A stretch of DNA of 64,000 nucleotides from Auanema rhodensis. Lineage: Eukaryota; Animalia; Nematoda. Both the position numbers and the translations under genes were made by a program. The stretch is from NCBI GenBank assembly GCA_964057225.1, contig CAXKVF010000074.1, positions 186,001 through 250,000 of the forward strand. The letters are read 5' to 3'. This document shows, in pieces, positions 58,701-64,000 of the stretch. Numbering within the stretch: the stretch's first letter is position 1; each line of letters opens with the position of its first letter. The notes under the pieces were generated by a model, which was not told the DNA's origin, made no database searches, and saw only the letters and a list, made by a program, of their open reading frames with translations.

Positions 58701-61700
58701 TACACGTGATGTGCACTTGGTATGTAACTCGCTTCACGTGAAAGATAAAGAGATGCGGTTTTCAAAATTAGATTCCCCATGTCCATATTAGTCTAAAAAC
58801 AAATTTTTATTGATATTAGTTCATGGTAACCATGACTTTGAAATATACGTGAACTTTAATTTATGCTAATTAAATGTACACGTGATGTGCACTTGGTATG
58901 TAACTCGCTTCACGTGAAAGATAAAGAGATGCGGTTTTCAAAATTAGATTCCCCATGTCCATATTAGTCTAAAAACAAATTTTTATTGATATTGCTTCAT
59001 GGTAACCATGACTTTGAAATATACGTGAACTTTAATTTATGCTAATTAAATGTACACGTGATGTGCACTTGGTATGTAACTCGCTTCACGTGAAAGATAA
59101 AGAGATGCGGTTTTCAAAATTAGATTCCCCCTGTCCATATTAGTCTAAAAACAAATTTTTATTGATATTGGTTCATGGTAACCATGACTTTGAAATTTAC
59201 GTGAACTTTAATTTATGCTAATTAAATGTACACGTGATGTGCACTTGGTATGTAACTCGCTTCACGTGAAAGATAAAGAGATGCGGTTTTCAAAATTAGA
59301 TTCCCCATGTCCATATTAGTCTAAAAACAAATTTTTATTGATATTAGTTCATGGTAACCATGACTTTGAAATATACGTGAACTTTAATTTATGCTAATTA
59401 AATGTACACGTGATGTGCACTTGGTATGTAACTCGCTTCACGTGAAAGATAAAGAGATGCGGTTTTCAAAATTAGATTCCCCATGTCCATATTAGTCTAA
59501 AAACAAATTTTTATTGATATTGCTTCATGGTAACCATGACTTTGAAATTTACGTGAACTTTAATTTATGCTAATTAAATGTACACGTGATGTGCACTTGG
59601 TATGTAACTCGCTTCACGTGAAAGATAAAGAGATGCGGTTTTCAAAATTAGATTCCCCATGTCCATATTAGTCTAAAAACAAATTTTTATTGATATTGGT
59701 GCATGGTAACCATGACTTTGAAATTTACGTGAACTTTAATTTATGCTAATTAAATGTACACGTGATGTGCACTTGGTATGTAACTCGCTTCACGTGAAAG
59801 ATGAAGAGATGCGGTTTTCAAAATTAGATTCCCCAAGTCCATATTAGTCTAAAAACAAATTTTTATTGATATTGCTTCATGGTAACCATGACTTTGAAAT
59901 TTACGTGAACTTTAATTTATGCTAATTAAATGTACACGTGATGTGCACTTGGTGTGTAACTCGCTTCACGTGAAAGATAAAAAGATGCGGTTTTCAAAAT
60001 TAGATTCCCCATGTCCATATTAGTCTAAAAACAAATTTTTATTGATATTGGTGCATGGTAACCATGACTTTGAAATTTACGTGAACTTTAATTTATGCTA
60101 ATTAAATGTACACGTGATGTGCACTTGGTATGTAACTCGCTTCACGTGAAAGATAAAGAGATGCGGTTTTCAAAATTAGATTCCCCATGTCCATATTAGT
60201 CTAAAAAAAAATTTTTATTGATATTGGTTCATGGTAACCATGACTTTGAAATTTACGTGAACTTTAATTTATGCTAATTAAATGTACACGTGATGTGCAC
60301 TTGGTATGTAACTCGCTTCACGTGAAAGATAAAGAGATGCGGTTTTCAAAATTAGATTCCCCATGTCCATATTAGTCTAAAAACAAATTTTTATTGATAT
60401 TGGTGCATGGTAACCATGACTTTGAAATTTACGTGAACTTTAATTTATGCTAATTAAATGTACACGTGATGTGCACTTGGTATGTAACTCGCTTCACGTG
60501 AAAGATAAAGAGATGCGGTTTTCAAAATTAGATTCCCCCTGTCCATATTAGTCTAAAAACAAATTTTTATTGATATTGGTTCATGGTAACCATGACTTTG
60601 AAATTTACGTGAACTTTAATTTATGCTAATTAAATGTACACGTGATGTGCACTTGGTATGTAACTCGCTTCACGTGAAAGATAAAGAGATGCGGTTTTCA
60701 AAATTAGATTCCCCATGTCCATATTAGTCTAAAAACAAATTTTTATTGATATTGGTGCATGGTAACCATGACTTTGAAATTTACGTGAACTTTAATTTAT
60801 GCTAATTAAATGTACACGTGATGTGCTCTTGGTATGTAACTCGCTTCACGTGAAAGATAAAGAGATGCGGTTTTCAAAATTAGATTCCCCATGTCCATAT
60901 TAGTCTAAAAACAAATTTTTATTGATATTGGTGCATGGTAACCATGACTTTGAAATTTACGTGAACTTTAATTTATGCTAATTAAATGTACACGTGATGT
61001 GCACTTGGTATGTAACTCGCTTCACGTGAAAGATAAAGAGATGCGGTTTTCAAAATTAGATTCCCCATGTCCATATTAGTCTAAAAACAAATTTTTATTG
61101 ATATTGGTTCATGGTAACCATGACTTTGAAATTTACGTGAACTTTAATTTATGCTAATTAAATGTACACGTGATGTGCACTTGGTATGTAACTCGCTTCA
61201 CGTGAAAGATAAAGAGATGCGGTTTTCAAAATTAGATTCCCCATGTCCATATTAGTCTAAAAACAAATTTTTATTGATATTGGTGCATGGTAACCATGAC
61301 TTTGAAATTTACGTGAACTTTAATTTATGCTAATTAAATGTACACGTGATGTGCACTTGGTATGTAACTCGCTTCACGTGAAAGATAAAGAGATGCGGTT
61401 TTCAAAATTAGATTCCCCATGTCCATAATAGTCTAAAAACAAATTTTTATTGATATTGGTTCATGGTAACCATGACTTTGAAATTTACGTGAACTTTAAT
61501 TAATGCTAATTAAATGTACACGTGATGTGCACTTGGTTTGTAACTCGCTTCACGTGAAAGATAAAGAGATCCGGTTTTCAAAATTAGATTCCCCATGTTC
61601 ATATTAGTCTAAAAACAAATTTTTATTGATATTGCTTCATGGTAACCATGACTTTGAAATTTACGTGAACTTTAATTTATGCTAATTAAATGTACACGTG

Positions 61701-62110
61701 ATGTGCACTTGGTATGTAACTCGCTTCACGTGAAAGATAAAGAGATGCGGTTTTCAAAATTAGATTTCCCATGTCCATATTAGTCTAAAAACAAATTTTT
61801 ATTGATATTGGTTCATGGTAACCATAACTTTGAATTTTACGTGAACTTTAATTTATGCTAATTAAATGTACACGTGATGTGCACTTGGTATGTAACTCGC
61901 TTCACGTGAAAGATAAAGAAATGCGGTTTTCAAAATTAGATTCCCCATGTCCATATTAGTCTAAAAACAAATTTTTATTGATATTGGTTCATGGTAACCA
62001 TGACTTTGAAATTTACGTGAACTTTAATTTATGCTAATTAAATGTACACGTGATGTGCACTTGGTATGTAACTCGCTTCACGTGAAAGATAAAGAGATGC
62101 GGTTTTCAAA
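55775..62110 (+). repeat. Tandem duplication of a 17-monomer block (55775-58766); second copy (58767-62110) has 2 extra monomers
   Basis: Shared order of the T79A monomers, A13C, T14A+G53C+A132G+G160A, C34A (A9 run), T96A+A132T+G165C, C17T+G53C and C9T+G68A+A77T+G162A. The extra monomers lie at about 60527-60878. Confidence 0.8.
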
Positions 62111-64000
62111 ATTAGATTCCTCATGTCCATATTAGTCTAAAAACAAATTTTTATTGATATTGCTTCATGGTAACCATGACTTTGAAATTTACGTGAACTT
62201 TAATTTATGCTAATTAAATGTACACGTGATGTGCACTTGGTGTGTAACTCGCTTCACGTGAAAGATAAAAAGATGCGGTTTTCAAAATTAGATTCCCCAT
62301 GTCCATATTAGTCTAAAAACAAATTTTTATTGATATTGGTGCATGGTAACCATGACTTTGAAATTTACGTGAACTTTAATTTATGCTAATTAAATGTACA
62401 CGTGATGTGCACTTGGTATGTAACTCGCTTCACGTGAAAGATGAAGAGATGCGGTTTTCAAAATTAGATTCCCCATGTCCATATTAGTCTAAAAACAAAT
62501 TTTTATTGATATTGGTTCATGGTAACCATGACTTTGAAATTTACGTGAACTTTCATTTATGCTAATTAAATGTACACGTGATGTGCACTTGGTATGTAAC
62601 TCGCTTCACGTGAAAGATAAAGAGATGCGGTTTTCAAAATTAGATTCCCCATGTCCATATTAGTCTAAAAACAAATTTTTATTGATATTGGTGCATGGTA
62701 ACCATGACTTTGAAATTTACGTGAACTTTAATTTATGCTAATTAAATGTACACGTGATGTGCACTTGGTATGTAACTCGCTTCACGTGAAAGATGAAGAG
62801 ATGCGGTTTTCAAAATTAGATTCCCCATGTCCATATTAGTCTAAAAACAAATTTTTATTGATATTGGTGCATGGTAACCATGACTTTGAAATTTACGTGA
62901 ACTTTAATTTATGCTAATTAAATGTACACGTGATGTGCACTTGGTATGCAACTCGCTTCACGTGAAAGATAAAGAGATGCGGTTTTCAAAATTAGATTTC
63001 CCATGTCCATATTAGTCTAAAAACAAATTTTTATTGATATTGGTGCATGGTAACCATGACTTTGAAATTTACGTGAACTTCAATTTATGCTAATTAAATG
63101 TACACGTGATGTGCACTTGGTATGTAACTCGCTTCACGTGAAAGATAAAGAGATGCGGTTTTCAAAATTAGATTCCCCATGTCCATATTAGTCTAAAAAC
63201 AAATTTTTATTGATATTGGTTCATGGTAACCATGACTTTGAAATTTACGTGAACTTTAATTTATGCTAATTAAATGTACACGTGATGTGCACTTGGTATG
63301 TAACTCGCTTCACGTGAAAGATAAAGAGATGCGGTTTTCAAAATTAGATTCCCCATGTCCATATTAGTCTAAAAACAAATTTTTATTGATATTGGTGCAT
63401 GGTAACCATGACTTTGAAATTTACGTGAACTTTAATTTATGCTAATTAAATGTACACGTGATGTGCACTTGGTATGTAACTCGCTTCACGTGAAAGATGA
63501 AGAGATGCCGTTTTCAAAATTAGATTCCCCATGTCCATATTAGTCTAAAAACAAATTTTTATTGATATTGGTGCATGGTAACCATGACTTTGAAATTTAC
63601 GTGAACTTTAATTTATGCTAATTAAATGTACACGTGATGTGCACTTGGTATGTAACTCGCTTCACGTGAAAGATAAAGAGATGCGGTTTTCAAAATTAGA
63701 TTCCCCATGTCCATATTAGTCTAAAAACAAATTTTTATTGATATTGGTGCATGGTAACCATGACTTTGAAATTTACGTGAACTTTAATTTATGCTAATTA
63801 AATGTACACGTGATGTGCACTTGGTATGTAACTCGCTTCACGTGAAAGATAAAGAGATGCGGTTTTCAAAATTAGATTCCCCATGTCCATATTAGTCTTA
63901 AAACAAATTTTTATTGATATTGGTGCATGGTAACCATGACTTTGAAATTTACGTGAACTTTAATTTATGCTAATTAAATGTACACGTGATGTGCACTTGG

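Larger units (their letters stand above)
1..64000. repeat. Tandem satellite DNA array, 176-bp monomer, 363 full copies + 130-bp partial, single orientation; candidate (peri)centromeric satellite
   Basis: ATTAGATTCCCCATG recurs at 1, 177, 353 ... 881, 2641 etc. The last monomer starts at 63871, which equals 363x176 +3 -10 -1 -10 +1, so all indels are accounted for. No non-satellite sequence seen. The centromeric role is inferred only from length, AT content and homogeneity. Confidence 0.99.

Noticed and set aside
1-64000. Protein-coding ORF running through the repeats
   Set aside because: The consensus has stops in all three plus frames (TAG 3-5, TAG 23-25, TAA 28-30) and all three minus frames (TTA 2-4, TTA 22-24, CTA 27-29), and 176 is not a multiple of 3.
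1-64000. CRISPR array or other repeat-spacer system
   Set aside because: There are palindromes, but no unique spacers; the full 176 bp is repeated, and no cas or other genes are present.
1-64000. A single fixed higher-order repeat, or an information-bearing code in the variant order
   Set aside because: Block sizes are irregular (3 to 80 monomers), and the variant order is explained by nested duplication and recombination.

Overview
The whole 64 kb window is one uninterrupted head-to-tail satellite DNA array. It holds 363 complete monomers plus a final 130-bp partial, all in the same orientation. The monomer is 176 bp and about 32% GC; consensus: ATTAGATTCCCCATGTCCATATTAGTCTAAAAACAAATTTTTATTGATATTGGTTCATGGTAACCATGACTTTGAAATTTACGTGAACTTTAATTTATGCTAATTAAATGTACACGTGATGTGCACTTGGTATGTAACTCGCTTCACGTGAAAGATAAAGAGATGCGGTTTTCAAA. 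Most monomers differ from consensus at 0-2 sites. Only six change length: three are +1 bp, two are -10 bp and one is -1 bp. I see no genes, RNA genes, transposon insertions, inversions or CRISPR spacers. Monomer length, AT-richness and homogeneity fit a eukaryotic (peri)centromeric satellite, but that is an inference, and I do not recognise the family or organism. I found no new gene system. Two things stand out. First, the monomer is rich in dyad symmetry and carries three ACGTGA cores 32-33 bp apart, including E-box/CDEI-like sites. Second, the variant order records a layered history of block duplications (3-, 7-, 10-, 12-, 16-, 17- and 20-monomer steps, plus long-range copies about 10.7, 14.1 and 21-24 kb apart), chimeric monomers and apparently templated mutations. 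Variants are written as consensus base, position in monomer, new base (e.g. T55G). All were read by eye.
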